Assembly (NCBI RefSeq): GCF_964355755.1
Contig: NC_092678.1
Location: 6,340,422 to 6,404,421, forward strand
DNA length: 64,000 nucleotides
Source: Antedon mediterranea
Lineage: Eukaryota; Animalia; Echinodermata
Direction: 5' to 3'
Positions 61,638-64,000 of the stretch are shown here, in pieces (the stretch's first letter is position 1; each line of letters begins with the position of its first letter). The notes under the pieces are model-generated. The model did not search any database, was not told the DNA's origin, and worked only from the letters and a program-made list of their open reading frames with translations. Position numbers and translations under genes: made by a program.

Positions 61638-62818
61638 CTAGAAATATAAACTTTACAAGGAATTGGATTGTTTTTTTACAAATATCCTATATTTACGAGA
61701 ATATATTTGATTCTAATAATATCAATTCTCATTTGTTTTAGATTATTCCATTTCTCTAAGATTATTCCATTTCTCTATAATGCCTCAAACGTATTAGGTA
61801 TCATCAATATAGCTTAATCGAATTGTTGCCTATAGGATAAGGAATAACTTAAACTATAGAACGCAAGGTACAGTAGTCAACCACATAATCCTTAAATATC
61901 ATTGTATCACTGATCAGAATATTCATTTTTAACCTTTAATTTTAATTTTAGTTTTAATGGTTAGATTAAGCTTCTCTGTAAAAGAGATAGTAGATAGTTT
62001 GTTCACTATTTCACGCTGTAGTGTTTTTCGTGCTATTTTAACCAATTACGCTCCTTAGCGCTGTCAAAATGGCTACCATCAGATCAATTATTTATACAGT
62101 TATTTACAATTATATTTAATTTAATTATTTAGTTTAGTGACCTTTATGTTTTATTGATAAATAATTAATGAATAATAATAAATACACATATTTTAAAATG
62201 GCATGTAGACTTTGACATTGTGCTACGATACATATTATATATTTACTTTTTCATATAACATGATAAAAGAGTAGATCTGGATGAAGTGTAATGTTAAAGT
62301 ATACACAACATAGTGACTGCTATGTCGTATTATCAGTTTCATTTTTATTTAATTTGAATAGGCTAAAGGAAAATTTAACATAACATTTTAAAAAGTGCAT
62401 TTTCTATGTTATGTACTCAACATGCATCAGTATCAATCATATAAAGATATAATATATGATTTATACATTTTTTCTAAATTTAAATATTTCTTACAGTATT
62501 GATATTCAACCTTTAAAATGAAGAGACTACAATAACATTGAACAAGGCAAATATACATGATCTATTTGCATATGATCCTGATTGGATAATTGTCAAGTAT
62601 GCTAGGCTAGTCGATAAATTAATGTGAAGGCTGTCTACATTGACATTATTCAGTAATATGATACCGTATAACGAGTAATGTCATAAGCTTTATGTAGCCT
62701 GAGTTTGTGTACACTACAGAAGAGGTTGCCATTACTTCTATTGAGGCTCTACTATTCTGTCATTCTGTAGGTAATCCACAGGGGTCTGACAATTCATTCT
62801 GTTCTCTGGCCAAGCTTA

Positions 62819-63081
62819 GGCCGTGTTTCCAAAGCAAAAAAAGTTCCTGTGGAAACGAGGTTTAACCAATTCCGGTCAAAAAAAATAACCGATAATTATC
62901 ACAATCAAATCGGATAAATGCGATCATTTTTAAACTTTGACCTGAAGGACAAATTGTTGCGTTGTGATTGGGCAATTGGTTTTTCATCAGGAATTACTGA
63001 ATGCGCACTTTATTTTTTTATAATAATTATCTGATTGGTCAAAAAATTTACTGATTTTTGTTTTGCTGTGGAAACATGGCC
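62819..63081. mobile_element. 263-bp PIF/Harbinger (Tourist-like) MITE
   Basis: TIR GGCC(G/A)TGTTTCCA(A/C)AGCAAAA (19/21). TTA duplication on both sides. Confidence 0.88.
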
Positions 63082-63963
63082 TTAGAAACATGTGCATGCT
63101 AAAAGGATATTGTCTGTTTTTCAAAAATGAAATGAATTACCGGTACACATAGCAAGTTGAGAATTCTGTTATATTGAAATATAGGACTTTCTCTATTCAT
63201 TGCATCTAAGAATGTACTGAGCAATTTATTTGAGTTGAGTCACCACTATGTGGTGTATGAACTAATAACCATAAACAAAGTAATTATTGTAGTAATTTTA
63301 CCACACAATTTTCACACACACTTAACATATTTATCTTGTGTAATGTGTTTATAAATTGCTGCTGCGGTAGTCTGTGAGTCACTAAGGTTTGAACAGTGAT
63401 AAGACCAAACTATACTCAAGAAAATACTGGTTAGTTGTACTGATTGTGTTTATTGTACATGTACACTAAATAAACAAGTCGTGCAGTATTCCTATTAATG
63501 TCCGATTGCAAAATTTCAATTCCTTAAAATTAAGGTTGTATATTATAAAAAAGTTCAGTATAAAATCATAATTCAATTTGGGAAAATTTCTTCATATGAT
63601 TAGTTCTTTTTTATCGTCCTAAAATATATATACCAACAAATCGTGCCTTAACTTTTAAGAAAATCATAAATATAATGATGACATCACAAAAGCTTTTTAA
63701 AATCTTATTAGTTATTATTTAATAGTTCTTTGTATTTTCTCTAAGCAGAAATATTAAATAGTATACCTTTTGCCACTCTCTACATTTCTCTAATTTGATC
63801 TAACTGTTTTTTTCTCTTGCTTCTTGTGATATTGTAGTCTTTCAAAACGTTTTCATAATTTTCCATTTTTATTGTTTATATTTGTAATTTGTAAGTGTTA
63901 ACTGGACTTCAAGGAAGAACAATGTACAAATATTGAATGAATATCCAGAATAAAGAAAGATTT

Positions 63964-63987
63964 CTATCTATCTATCTATCTATCTAT
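63964..63987. repeat. (CTAT)n microsatellite
   Basis: Six tandem CTAT units. Confidence 0.95.
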
Positions 63988-64000
63988 TAACTTAATTTTT

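Noticed and set aside
62309-62324. CATAG-6nt-CTATG mini hairpin as a footprint
   Set aside because: No flanking direct repeat.

Overview
AT-rich eukaryotic DNA (roughly 30% GC by eye). The repeat repertoire suggests a marine invertebrate, plausibly an echinoderm; that is an inference. I cannot support any intact protein-coding gene, rRNA, tRNA gene or CRISPR array. The supplied ORFs are chance ORFs, repeat artefacts or TE relics. The window looks like very large intron(s) or intergenic DNA, with a few candidate non-coding exons and a candidate internal promoter. It is packed with non-autonomous mobile DNA: several PIF/Harbinger-type families (one ~155-bp MITE at 15 loci), a 1.7-kb hAT-like element with a 6-bp target duplication, two Helentron-type (HINE/DINE-1-like) elements, tRNA-derived SINEs, an RTE LINE 3' end, pogo-like MITEs, a Penelope-type hammerhead-like motif, and many tandem repeats that grew out of TEs. 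The most unusual signal is a cluster of five tiny (18-37 bp) CA...TG palindromes between 32.4 and 40.8 kb, each between direct repeats (7 bp at four sites, 9 bp at one). They fit the geometry of P-element-superfamily excision footprints.
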